Assembly (NCBI GenBank): GCA_964482555.1
Contig: CAYZXY010000001.1
Location: 78,591-142,590, forward strand
Length of the DNA stretch: 64,000 bases
Direction of reading: 5' to 3'
Source: an uncultured Pirellulales bacterium
GTDB lineage: Bacteria; Planctomycetota; Phycisphaerae; Sedimentisphaerales; SM23-30
The position numbers were made by a program, and so were the translations under genes. Numbering within the stretch: position 1 is the stretch's first letter; every line of letters begins with the position of its first letter. Positions 36,064 to 45,675 of the stretch are shown here, in pieces. The notes beneath the pieces are model-generated. The model was given only the letters and a program-made list of their open reading frames with translations. It ran no database searches and was not told the DNA's origin.

Positions 36064-36922
36064 CTTTTTCTTTACCTCCATTTTCCATTTGCTGTTGATG
36101 GTGCCTTTCTGCCAAATCGCGCGCGGTGATTCCCTGGTGCGCATGAAAAAAGGCGCTCTCACAGGCGGTACTGCCTGAACAAAGCGCCTCCACGGGCAAT
36201 GATGAAATTTTTCCTTGCGCGGCACCCATTACGCCGAGGCGCACTGCGCGCACTGATGCTGTCGATAAGTTAACGCTGGAAAGCGTATTCTGTTGGAAAT
36301 GACTCCGTACAGGTCAGATGAACAGCCGCCCCACAGCGGAATGCCCATAGCGGCATAACACCTCCGGCTCTGAGGACCAAAGCATGTCATACCATTATTA
36401 CTTATTACTGGAGAACCGCTCTCGCGTCAGCCGCTGCGACTCTCCTCATACAACTCTAATGAATATGTAAAATATAATATATCTAAATGCAACTCCCTCC
36501 CCGGTATTAATCCCCTCCATCTTCGTTGGCTTTGCTTTGCCCTGCCAGTTATAACGATTATTCTAGTTGGATGTACCTTGCCGGGCGGTTTCAAAGGCAA
36601 CTTCTGCCATTTCACCTTAAGTGCCAGCGCAAATCCTGCGCGACATTAATTCTGAATCTGGTAAAGCTGCAGGAATCTTCGGAACGGTCATTCTGTCTTT
36701 ATAGAGGGGCTGTCAGGCGAGATGAAATCATAAGCTGTTATAGAATAATTGCTTATGATATATTTTGTCTTCCGGGTGAGACTTGCCAGATGGCGTTATT
36801 CAGGAAGGATGAAATATTTTTTTATGTTCGGCACGCCATTTGCGAATCTACCAGTGAGGACTTTTCCTGACCGGGTCTTCTCTCGAGCGGAGTCTCGACG
36901 AAATATTGCTTAAGGATGAGCG

Positions 36923-37132
36923 ATGTATTTGATTTACGAACAATTAAAAAAACACATCATAACTGATGTGGGCCTGCTTCATCATGAATCGAAGAGCTAT
37001 GGCCTGTTGAACTGTAAAAAGACGCCCTCCCCTTTTAAACGGTCCGATTCTTCTGCTGATTTCATATCCTCGATCTCATTGTTCGGTATGCCCATGTTCA
37101 AGATTATTTGGAGCCTGGAGGGTCCCAGATGA
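36923..37132 (+). CDS. hypothetical 69-aa protein, possibly translationally coupled to the next gene
   Basis: ATG preceded by TAAGGA. Its stop overlaps the next start as ATGA (37129..37132). AT-rich with no family match, so weak. Confidence 0.3.
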   Translation: MYLIYEQLKKHIITDVGLLHHESKSYGLLNCKKTPSPFKRSDSSADFISSISLFGMPMFKIIWSLEGPR

Positions 37133-37620
37133 GCCTACAGACAGCGATCGGATTTATTAAGCTTTACCAGGGGCTCATTTTGAAAATAGCTCTCGGCTGC
37201 GTCGCATTTGCGGCAATGGAAGCCGGCATCATCACGGCGATTCGCCACGCCACCAAACCGCAGGCAATTCAGGCTCAGGCCGCAAATGAAACTGATATAT
37301 ATGGCGTTTTAGATTATGCCGCCGAACCAGCCGGTCAGTCCAGAAAGGAATCCGTCCAGCAGCGTCTGGATCGCATTATGACGAAACTGCAAGAGCAAAA
37401 CGATCCCGAACGCATCAATGAATTGATAACCGAAGAATATCTCGCCGGGGGTATTTCCGACAAGGATCTGGATTTCATCATCAGCGTCGCCAGGATTCCC
37501 AAAGAGATCAAAGAGGAACTCCAGTTACGAAAGAGGGAGCGGCAAAAAAAACTAGCCGCAATGAATAAGATTATTTCCCCTGAACGCTTAGCCGAACGAA
37601 GTACACGTTTTCCCCCGTAA
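37129..37620 (+). CDS. hypothetical membrane-anchored protein heading the polysaccharide-export operon
   Basis: ATG 37129 after GGAGGG. One TM (ILKIALGCVAFAAMEAGIITAI), then a charged helical region ...KEIKEELQLRKRERQKKLAAMNK. The next gene starts 12 nt downstream. Confidence 0.5.
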   Translation: MSLQTAIGFIKLYQGLILKIALGCVAFAAMEAGIITAIRHATKPQAIQAQAANETDIYGVLDYAAEPAGQSRKESVQQRLDRIMTKLQEQNDPERINELITEEYLAGGISDKDLDFIISVARIPKEIKEELQLRKRERQKKLAAMNKIISPERLAERSTRFPP

Positions 37621-37631
37621 GGAGAATATGG

Positions 37632-38777
37632 GTGAAATTGTTCTTTAACAGAACATTACAGTATCATCTGGCATTCCTGCTGCTGGCGGGAATGTTGCTG
37701 TTTACCGGCTGCTCGCAGACGCCGCGCGAGGTCGGGGTATGGCGATCCCGATCGCTCGATGGACCTTCGCATATCGATGTTCCCAACGGCAGTGACGGCG
37801 ATCGCACCGAGATGGACAATTTACGAATGTTCGAGCAGGCCGGCCCGGTCATGCCGATGCTCGATTTTAATGAGATCATGCAGGCCCGGCAGTACACGGG
37901 CGAATATCGTGTCGTGTCCGGGGATGTCATCGAATTTGACATGCCGGCGATCCTGCAGGCCGTCACACCTGGCCTGGCGGATGCCGTGGGCAAATTTCAA
38001 CCTTATAAATGCCGGGTGTCAATGAGCGGGACGATATACATGCCGATTGTCGGCGAGCTTCTGGTGGCCGGCAAAACGCTCGCTCAGATAGAAGAAATGA
38101 TCGTAAAAACCTTCTACCCCAAATATGTTCTCAGTCCGCCTTCGGTGGTGGGAACTGTGGTTGATCATAAGACTGCCCGGATTACGATCGTAGGCGCTGT
38201 CGAGAAGGAAGGGATTTACCATTGTAACAGTAACGAAATGACCGTCGTCGATCTGATCATGAAAGCCGGCGGTATTGTGTCAAAAGGGGCAGCCCGCATA
38301 CGAATACGCCGTGCCAATGATCCGGGCGGGTCCGATCCGGTGGTTCTGCCGGTCAAGGGGCTCAATATTCCATTTGTGAATGTCTCCCTGCGGGACGGCG
38401 ATACCGTCGAGGTCGAACCGCTTAATCCGCAGGTCTTTACCGTAATCGGCCTGGTCAGTCGTAGCGGCGTGTTCGATTATCCCGAAGGCGCCCGCTACAA
38501 CCTGCTACAGGCGCTGGCGTTTGCCGGCGGCGTGAACGAACTGGCCGCTCCGGAATATGCCCGGGTCTATCGCCAGACGGCCGATGGCAAGATCATCTCC
38601 GCGTCGTTCCGCCTGAAGGGGACGCTGCCGGCCGATGCCGCCAATTTGATGATCAAGCCGGGCGATGTGATCGCCGTCGAACAGACCTTCAGCACCCGGA
38701 CACGACTGCTCTTTGCCCAGATTCTCCGCGTGACTGCCGGATTCAACGCTTATTCGAGGTTTCCGGATGATGATTGA
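37632..38777 (+). CDS. wza: outer-membrane polysaccharide export protein (Wza family: Poly_export + SLBB domains)
   Basis: GTG start. Lipobox LLFTGCSQ. YRVVSGDVIEFDM...GTIYMPIVGELLVAGKTLAQIEEMI (Poly_export). Repeated SLBB-like segments ...ITIVGAVEKEGIY... and ...FTVIGLVSRSGVFDYPEG. Confidence 0.87.
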   Translation: MKLFFNRTLQYHLAFLLLAGMLLFTGCSQTPREVGVWRSRSLDGPSHIDVPNGSDGDRTEMDNLRMFEQAGPVMPMLDFNEIMQARQYTGEYRVVSGDVIEFDMPAILQAVTPGLADAVGKFQPYKCRVSMSGTIYMPIVGELLVAGKTLAQIEEMIVKTFYPKYVLSPPSVVGTVVDHKTARITIVGAVEKEGIYHCNSNEMTVVDLIMKAGGIVSKGAARIRIRRANDPGGSDPVVLPVKGLNIPFVNVSLRDGDTVEVEPLNPQVFTVIGLVSRSGVFDYPEGARYNLLQALAFAGGVNELAAPEYARVYRQTADGKIISASFRLKGTLPADAANLMIKPGDVIAVEQTFSTRTRLLFAQILRVTAGFNAYSRFPDDD

Positions 38778-38864
38778 AAGCTGTCGACACAAATTGTGAA
38801 TGGTTTCTGAATGATTCGATCATAATGACATAAAACCAGGATTACCAAAGGTACAGGTATAATA

Positions 38865-41105
38865 GTGAATGCGACCATGACTCCAAAACCACAGCAGCCT
38901 AATCCGTTCGACACGGATGCGCTGGGCAAGGCCATATTGCAGATTTTATGGCGTCGCAAATATATTATCCTTTTTGCCATTACCGTTGCGGTAGTGGCGG
39001 GGGTAGTGTATCTGTCGCAGGCAACGCCCCTTTATACCAGTACGAGTCGGATTTATGTCGAACAGACCGGGCCCAAGCTGATTACTGAACAGGAAGGGGT
39101 CATGACTCAGACGAAGAACTACCTGTTCACCCAGACGGAACTGATCAGATCCGCCCCGATCCTGTCCCACCTTCTTGAAGATCCTGCGCTGGACAACATG
39201 AAAACCTTTGCCGGCATATCCAACGGCCTCCAGTATCTCAAAAACCATCTCAAGGTCTCCGTCGGCCGAGAGGATGAAATCATCAATATCTCGCTGGAGA
39301 ATCCATATCCGGAAGAATCCGCTATTCTGGTCAATAAGACGGTCGAGGCCTATATCGATTATCACAGCACGCGCAAGCGGTCTTCCTCGAGTGAGGTGCT
39401 GAAAATTCTCAAAACGGAAAAAGAAAAACGCGACCAGGAACTCAACCATAAGATCGACGCCTTGCTCCAGTTCACCCGGGAGAATGGGACGATCCCCGCC
39501 GAAGAAAATGACAATAACATCATTATGAGCCGACTGGAGCGTCTCTCTCAGGCTCTTACGGAAGTCCAGCTGGAAATTGTCGATGCCAGGGCGGAATACG
39601 ATGCGTTTACCAAGGTCATGCAGGATTCGCTGCGTGTACGGCATTTTATAGAAAATCGCGGCGAAACAGGCTATCAGGTCAATACCATTGTCAATCAGTT
39701 AAAGACCGAACAAGAGGTCCTGCAGAAAAGGCTGGAATCGCTCCAGCAGCACGGTACCTCCCAGCATCCGGCGGTTCATACGACGATAGTTCAGATCGCC
39801 CAGATCAAACGACGTATCGCCGAAGAAGAAAACAATTTTATCGAGGCCTATCGCGATGTACTCGTGCAGAAAGTCGCTTCCGCCACCCAGAAAGAACAGC
39901 AGATTCGCCAGTCACTCGAAGAACAGCAGAAGCTGGCCCTGGAATTGAACGCCAAAACAACGGAACTGTCCATGCTGCGCTCGGAAGTGAAGCGGACCGA
40001 AAATTTCTGCGATATCCTCGACAGCAGCATCAAGGAAATTAATCTCGGAGAAAACTCCGGTGCTTTAAACATCAGTATTCTCGAAGCGGCCCGCGTGCCT
40101 GAGCATACGAGTTATCCGGTCAAGGGCCGGATTCTGGCCATGACGATGATGTTAGGTTTCGTACTCGGCGGGTTGCTGGCTGTCGGCGTGGAATGGGCCG
40201 ACAACCGGGTTCACACCTCCGATGAGGTGATGGCGCTGCTGGGCGTGCCGATTCTGGGCGCCGTGCCGCGTATGCCGGAGAATGAATCGCCGCGTCAGCG
40301 CGGTCAGAAGGTGCTGCTTGAACCCAGCGGGCCCGAGGCCGAAGCCTATCGTTCAATCCGAACCGCAATTTATTTCGGCGTCGCGAAAGAAAACGCCCGG
40401 ACCGTGGTCATCACCTCGCCGATGGAAGGCGACGGCAAAACGACCATGACCTGTAATCTGGGCGCGGTGATGGCCCAGTCCGGCCAGAAAACACTTATCA
40501 TCGACGGCGATTTCCGCCGACCGATGGTTCATAAGATTTTCAATCTTCGGATACCGTCCGGCTTTTCCAACGTACTTAATGGAGAGATTCCTGTCGAAGA
40601 AGCGATTCAGACAGGACCGGTACCGGGGCTGGATATACTCCCATGCGGACCGGTTCCGCAGAATCCCTCCGAAATGCTCAGCAGTCCCGGCTGCATCAAT
40701 ATCATTCGGGATCTGGTCGGGCAATACGACCGGGTGCTGATCGATTCGCCGCCGGTGCTGCGAGTGACCGATGCCCGTATTCTGGCCAGTTTCAGCGATT
40801 TGTCCGTGATCGTGCTGCGGGCACAGAAATCGACCCGCAAGGCCGCCGAGCAATCGCGGGAAGCCCTGGCCAGTGTCGGCAGTCGACTGCTGGGGGCGGT
40901 CGTCAACGATGTCCAGTTGCAGAAAAACAGTTATGGTTATTATGCTGGTTATTATGGTTACGGCACTTACGGCCGACAGGCGGACAGCCTGATGGGGCGG
41001 CATGATTCGTCCGCAAAGAGTCCGCCCGCTTCGCGGGTTCAGGCGGTAGTGGAAAAAACGCCTGTGAATAAGCCGCCTCGTAACCAGGCCGGTCATTCGA
41101 GATAA
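38865..41105 (+). CDS. wzc: polysaccharide co-polymerase / BY-kinase (Wzc/GumC-like tyrosine autokinase)
   Basis: Wzz-type N domain with 2 TMs and a long coiled coil. Kinase domain VITSPMEGDGKTT (Walker A), VLIDSPPV (Walker B). Tyr cluster NSYGYYAGYYGYGTYG at the C-terminus. No Wzb phosphatase seen in the locus. Confidence 0.9.
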   Translation: MNATMTPKPQQPNPFDTDALGKAILQILWRRKYIILFAITVAVVAGVVYLSQATPLYTSTSRIYVEQTGPKLITEQEGVMTQTKNYLFTQTELIRSAPILSHLLEDPALDNMKTFAGISNGLQYLKNHLKVSVGREDEIINISLENPYPEESAILVNKTVEAYIDYHSTRKRSSSSEVLKILKTEKEKRDQELNHKIDALLQFTRENGTIPAEENDNNIIMSRLERLSQALTEVQLEIVDARAEYDAFTKVMQDSLRVRHFIENRGETGYQVNTIVNQLKTEQEVLQKRLESLQQHGTSQHPAVHTTIVQIAQIKRRIAEEENNFIEAYRDVLVQKVASATQKEQQIRQSLEEQQKLALELNAKTTELSMLRSEVKRTENFCDILDSSIKEINLGENSGALNISILEAARVPEHTSYPVKGRILAMTMMLGFVLGGLLAVGVEWADNRVHTSDEVMALLGVPILGAVPRMPENESPRQRGQKVLLEPSGPEAEAYRSIRTAIYFGVAKENARTVVITSPMEGDGKTTMTCNLGAVMAQSGQKTLIIDGDFRRPMVHKIFNLRIPSGFSNVLNGEIPVEEAIQTGPVPGLDILPCGPVPQNPSEMLSSPGCINIIRDLVGQYDRVLIDSPPVLRVTDARILASFSDLSVIVLRAQKSTRKAAEQSREALASVGSRLLGAVVNDVQLQKNSYGYYAGYYGYGTYGRQADSLMGRHDSSAKSPPASRVQAVVEKTPVNKPPRNQAGHSR

Positions 41106-41121
41106 AAGGAAAGAGATTTTC

Positions 41122-43779
41122 TTGGAAAACCATGAAGTGACATCTTCATCTGAATCAACCCTGCGGGCCGGTCGGCAGCTGCGATATATGTATGCCGGGT
41201 TCGATACTGTTATTGAAGTGTTAATGGCACTGCTGCTGCTGTTGCTGCCGGCGGCGATGGGCGGGATATATGTCTGGACGGAACAGATCGCTTTGAGCCT
41301 TGCCGGTGCGATGTTATTTCTGGGCGGGCTCAAGTCGCTGCTGAGAAAAAGACAGAAACTGTTCTGGACCGCGGCGCTGTTACCGGTTGTGTTGATACTG
41401 CTTTGGGTGGGCGGTCAGTTGCTGCCGCTGCCGATAGGTCTGGTCGCGTTCCTTTCGCCCAGAACGGCGGCCCTGAAGGCGGAGCTTCTCGCCGAACTTG
41501 TCAGAGCTGATAATGCTTTTCCGTCTGTGTCCTTGAGTTTCTATCCGCAGGCCACTTGGGAAACGCTCCGGCTGATGCTGCTGGCGAGCGGCGTTTTTGT
41601 CGTAACACTGAACTATTTCCGACGGGAGGAGAGAATCAAGCGTCTATTGTTCATCATCACCGGCATCGGGATCGCCATCGCCGGACTGGCCCTTTTGCAA
41701 AGATTGCCGGGCAACGGCAAGATTTACTGGATAATTCCCACCTGGCATCATACCGCCACTTCCGGCCCCTTCGTCAATCACAGCCATTATTGCCAGTATA
41801 TGAATTTATGTATCGGGGCGGCCTGGGGGCTGATGCTGACCTTGTATTATGAACGAAAAACCCGCAAGCAGCCCGCTTTCAGCCGCGAGATTCTAAAAAA
41901 ACACTTTCGTCAAGATTATCGTGTCTGGCTGCCGGCCACCGCAATCGTGCTGGGGACCGTCACGGTGTTTCTTTCTTTGAGCCGGGGCGGCACCATTAGC
42001 CTGCTGGTCGCGGGGACCGCTATGGTTCTGATCATGGCCCATAAGCGTCGATTCCGCTGGCAGGTCTGGATTATGCTGCTGCTGGCGCTGGCGGCGGGCG
42101 CCACGGCTCTCTATGTTGGATTTGAAAACGTTTATGACCGTTGGGCCGCGCTGCAGCAGGGTGACAGGCTGCACGGGCGCTGGCAGCTTATTGAAGGCGC
42201 CCGCGCCATCAGCCGCGATTTCCCTTTGTCGGGCATCGGCCTGGGCGCCCATGAAATGATCTATGCCCTTTATCACACCTCGCCGGCAACTCCCGCGATT
42301 GCGGTATTTGTCGAAAATGAATACATGCAGATGCTGGCAGAATGCGGCTGGCCGGGACTCATCGTGGTTATATCATTCATCACGATCATCTGGTATTATT
42401 TCTATCGCTGCGTGAAACGTATCAGCGTTCCTGTCAGGGCAGCGGCCATCGGGCTGGGTTTTGGTCTGCTGGCCGTCCAGATTCACAGCCTCAGTGATTA
42501 CGGTCAACACCTGCCGGCCAATGCCTGCCTGTCCGCTATCTACTCGGCACTGTTAATTAACATCTTCTTTCTGGGCCATCGCCACAGGGGACATAAAACT
42601 GTTTCTGGCTTTTCGTCCGTTCCGGTCGCCGGTGTCAGTAAAAACCGAGCAGCGAACTTGCGCCGCCGTTTCATGGATTGGGGCAGCCGGTCAATCAGCC
42701 ATTATTATTGCAACTGGCATACGAAACTGTTTTCGCTGCGTCTGGTTGCTTTGTCCCGGGCGTATCGGATTATCCTGTTGTGCATTATTATGGTCGGCTG
42801 GGGCTGGATGCTCATTGAGGTCAATGCCGCACGCCGGGCGGAAGCCAGTTGGCGGCGGGCTTTGACCCTCGAGGAGCAATTACGACATCAAAACTGGCAG
42901 GGTTCCGAAGCGGACTATCAGGCTTTGCTCTCGCATGCCGCCAACGCGGTGCGTTTGCAGCCGTATGATGTAAAAAAACAGTATTGGCTGTGCGCCTATG
43001 AGTGGGAATACCTCCGGTCGAAAGAGGCCGTGTTCGAATCGGACGCCGCCCGGGAAAAAGCCAAGGACATCGTCGCCCGCCTGCACCGGCAGCGCCGGGA
43101 ATGCCCGACGTTTGGTCCGGTTTATTGTCTGGCGGGACAACTCGAGCATTATCTGCTGGAGCAGCCGCGCGGCCGGGCTCATATTCGTCAGGCCTACCGT
43201 CTCGCCTCGAACCGCCCATCGATCTGTTATGCGGCCGGATTGCTGGATGCCGAACAGCAGCGGCTGGCGGCCTCCCTCGAAAAATTTAAACGTTATCTTC
43301 ATCTCGGCGGCAGCTTCGACCGGATGACAGATGTGTATCTCAACCAGCTCGATCGGCCGGAAATGGCCTTTTCCCTCGTGTTGAACGATCCCGTGCAACT
43401 GGTACGACTGGCCAAAACGCTTCGAGCTTCGGCTTCGCATCAGGCCCTGGAGCCGACCGTGCTGAATATCGCGATCGCACAACTGGAAAAGCAAATCCGG
43501 CAGGCCCGCGTCAACACGCAAACTCTGGCCCTGCTGGCCCAGGCCTGCTATCTCAATGAACAATACACCAAGGCGGAGGAATACTTGCGCCAGGCACTGG
43601 ACCGCGACTATGGTCGGCTGGGTTGGCGCTTTACGCTGGCGGACATTCTCGCCCGGACCGGCAGATACGCCCTGGCCGTCGAAGAACTGCAAACCTGCCT
43701 CCGCCTCAAGCCCGGCTGGGACAAAGCCCACCGGCTCATGCAGCAATATACGAATAAACTCGAGCAGCCGATCCAGTAA
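41122..43779 (+). CDS. O-antigen ligase/polymerase-family (Wzy_C) polytopic membrane protein fused to a ~350-aa C-terminal TPR-like domain
   Basis: About 12 predicted helices. Large loop ...SLSRGGTISLLV...RWQLIEGARAISRDFPLSGIGLGAHE typical of the Wzy_C/O-antigen ligase domain. C-terminal helical repeats (...AEEYLRQALDRDYGRLGWRFTLADILARTGRYALAVEELQTCLRLKP). TTG start after GGAAAGAG; start uncertain. Confidence 0.72.
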   Translation: MENHEVTSSSESTLRAGRQLRYMYAGFDTVIEVLMALLLLLLPAAMGGIYVWTEQIALSLAGAMLFLGGLKSLLRKRQKLFWTAALLPVVLILLWVGGQLLPLPIGLVAFLSPRTAALKAELLAELVRADNAFPSVSLSFYPQATWETLRLMLLASGVFVVTLNYFRREERIKRLLFIITGIGIAIAGLALLQRLPGNGKIYWIIPTWHHTATSGPFVNHSHYCQYMNLCIGAAWGLMLTLYYERKTRKQPAFSREILKKHFRQDYRVWLPATAIVLGTVTVFLSLSRGGTISLLVAGTAMVLIMAHKRRFRWQVWIMLLLALAAGATALYVGFENVYDRWAALQQGDRLHGRWQLIEGARAISRDFPLSGIGLGAHEMIYALYHTSPATPAIAVFVENEYMQMLAECGWPGLIVVISFITIIWYYFYRCVKRISVPVRAAAIGLGFGLLAVQIHSLSDYGQHLPANACLSAIYSALLINIFFLGHRHRGHKTVSGFSSVPVAGVSKNRAANLRRRFMDWGSRSISHYYCNWHTKLFSLRLVALSRAYRIILLCIIMVGWGWMLIEVNAARRAEASWRRALTLEEQLRHQNWQGSEADYQALLSHAANAVRLQPYDVKKQYWLCAYEWEYLRSKEAVFESDAAREKAKDIVARLHRQRRECPTFGPVYCLAGQLEHYLLEQPRGRAHIRQAYRLASNRPSICYAAGLLDAEQQRLAASLEKFKRYLHLGGSFDRMTDVYLNQLDRPEMAFSLVLNDPVQLVRLAKTLRASASHQALEPTVLNIAIAQLEKQIRQARVNTQTLALLAQACYLNEQYTKAEEYLRQALDRDYGRLGWRFTLADILARTGRYALAVEELQTCLRLKPGWDKAHRLMQQYTNKLEQPIQ

Positions 43780-43913
43780 ATCTGCTTGCTCATAAATCGG
43801 CGACGCCCGGCGACGCTGAAACCCAATCGGCGCAGCCGACAGGGACGGAGTATGTCCGCAGGTTGCGGATCTGGAATGCACGTTTTGCGAGTTTACAGCA
43901 AGGATTTCAATCG

Positions 43914-45446
43914 ATGAAAACATATCTGGTTGTCTATCTGGGAGCGACATTTCTGGTCATCATGGTCATGCCGCTGATCATCTATATTTCGCGGGCCCTG
44001 AATATGTATGATGATACGGGGCCGCGCAAAGTACACGCCCGCGATATCCCCCGCATCGGCGGCATCAGCATCGTGCTGGCCATGCTGGGCATGACCGTCC
44101 CGATTCTGCTGCTGAACAATTCCATCGGCCAGGCCTTTCGCGAATTGAAATACGAGATCGCCATTCTGCTCTGCGGCAGTTTTACGATTTTTCTGGTCGG
44201 CCTGGTCGATGACATCCGCCGGCTTACCGCCCGGACCAAGTTTCTGGCCCAGTTTCTCGTGGCTCTTGCCGTCACCGCTCTGGGCATCCGGATCGAAGAG
44301 ATTCTCATCGCCGACTGGCTCACCATTCCGCTGGGAATTTTCTCCTGGCCCATTACCCTCCTCTGGATTGTCGGCGTTACCAACGCCATCAACCTCATCG
44401 ACGGCCTCGACGGTCTTGCCGCCGGCATCTCCGCGATCGCCTGCGGCGTCATCGCCATTATCTCGATCTATACCGCCCAGCCGGTCATGGCCGTACTCAT
44501 GCTGGCCCTGCTGGGCAGCCTGACCGGTTTTCTCTTCTTCAATTTCAACCCCGCCAAGATTTTCATGGGCGACGGCGGCAGCTTCTTCCTCGGCTTCATT
44601 CTCTCGGTTTCCAGCATCATCTGTACGGCCAAAACCGTGGCTGTCGTCGGATTGGGCCTGCCCGCCCTGGCCCTCGGTATCCCCATTTTCGATACGCTGT
44701 TCAGCATGATTCGCCGTTTTTGCGAACGCCGCTCGATGTTCTCGCCCGATCGCGGCCATTTCCATCATCATCTGCTCGACCGCGGCCTTCATCATCGCCA
44801 TGCCGTCCTGGTCATCTACCTGGCCACTCTGTTGGTTACCGGCATCGGCATGTTCATGATCGCCACCCGCGACATCGGAACTCTGCTTGTCTTCTTCTGT
44901 TCGCTGTTTGTGCTGATGCTGATTTTCCGCATCTTTGGCGCCGTCCGCATTCGCAAAATCATCAACGGCTTCCAGCGCAAATACGACCTCGAACAGAAAA
45001 CCCGCGGCCAACGCCGCGACTTCGAAACCATCCAGCTTCAGTTCCGTATGGTCACCACCTTCAACCAGTGGTGGGACACCCTGCAACTGGCGGCCTCCCG
45101 CATGAAATGCGCCTGGATGGTCATACCTCTGCAAAACCGGGACGGCAGCCGCCGTACCCTTTTCTGGCGCTGCCCCGGCCCCCAGCCCGAAAACGATAAA
45201 ATCCTCGAAGTCAATCTGCCCGTCCTCCAGCGCCGCCATAACGAACAGCTCCGCCTGACACTGGCCTTCAAAATCAACGGCTCGCTCGAAACCGCCGGCC
45301 ATCGCGCCGCCCTGTTCAGCCGACTGATCGAAGAACACAACCTGGAAATGCTGACGGACGGATTCATTGATTCGGGTTTACCCGTAAAGAGCATCTTCAA
45401 TCTGATCTCGACCGAACGCCCGGACCGCAACAAAATAAACGCATAA
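43914..45446 (+). CDS. wecA: polyprenyl-phosphate HexNAc-1-phosphate transferase (WecA/MraY family) with ~165-aa cytoplasmic C-terminal extension
   Basis: Start at ATG 43914 (MKTYLVVYLG...). GLVDDIRRL, NAINLIDGLDGLAAG, FMGDGGSFFLGF and PDRGHFHHHL are the family motifs. The last TM ends about residue 345 of 510. Confidence 0.83.
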   Translation: MKTYLVVYLGATFLVIMVMPLIIYISRALNMYDDTGPRKVHARDIPRIGGISIVLAMLGMTVPILLLNNSIGQAFRELKYEIAILLCGSFTIFLVGLVDDIRRLTARTKFLAQFLVALAVTALGIRIEEILIADWLTIPLGIFSWPITLLWIVGVTNAINLIDGLDGLAAGISAIACGVIAIISIYTAQPVMAVLMLALLGSLTGFLFFNFNPAKIFMGDGGSFFLGFILSVSSIICTAKTVAVVGLGLPALALGIPIFDTLFSMIRRFCERRSMFSPDRGHFHHHLLDRGLHHRHAVLVIYLATLLVTGIGMFMIATRDIGTLLVFFCSLFVLMLIFRIFGAVRIRKIINGFQRKYDLEQKTRGQRRDFETIQLQFRMVTTFNQWWDTLQLAASRMKCAWMVIPLQNRDGSRRTLFWRCPGPQPENDKILEVNLPVLQRRHNEQLRLTLAFKINGSLETAGHRAALFSRLIEEHNLEMLTDGFIDSGLPVKSIFNLISTERPDRNKINA

Positions 45447-45469
45447 CCCAACGCAGCCGGAACTTCGAA

Positions 45470-45556
45470 CTGGAATGGGTGGCATACTTACCTGATACCT
45501 GAGCGCAGCGACAAAACTTACGCCCTGCCCGGAGCTTTCTATCCAATTGAGTATAA
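45470..45556 (+). repeat. Family-1 repeat, truncated/degenerate copy (good 3' half)
   Basis: ...GCAGCGACAAAACTTACGCCCTGCCCGGAGCTTTCTATCCAATTGAGTATAA. Confidence 0.6.
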
Positions 45557-45675
45557 TATTGATTACCATGAAGATTTGAAATGTCGAATGTAGTGTTTCC
45601 TGTTTCCGATTTATTCGGTTAGGACCTTAAGAGACTGAATCATCATTTCAACCGGTTTAATCTGAGTAAAAATAC

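Noticed and set aside
36261-36268. GTCGATAA resembling a sigma28 -10 element near flagellin.
   Set aside because: It is on the plus strand while flagellin is on the minus strand. No TAAA -35 element lies at the right distance and no plus-strand gene follows for 650 nt.
36526-36870. 114-aa ORF in the flagellin/EPS divergent promoter region.
   Set aside because: No SD, Cys/Arg-rich odd composition and no family resemblance. The region is more plausibly regulatory.
43893-45338. 481-aa ORF on the minus strand antisense to the wecA-like gene. Similar long antisense ORFs: 16916..17932 (dxs), 8183..9073 (porin), 5076..5732 (response regulator), 28378..29046, 40353..41333, 42880..43950, 47086..47679, 47698..48309, 48687..49232, 50706..51386, 54289..55230, 55973..56605, 57082..57702, 57763..58509.
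   Set aside because: Each lies entirely opposite a gene with unmistakable family motifs. Their translations are low-complexity (Gly/Arg/His/Asp/Gln-rich) and show no SD or domain signatures. They are typical stop-poor shadow frames of GC-rich coding sequence.
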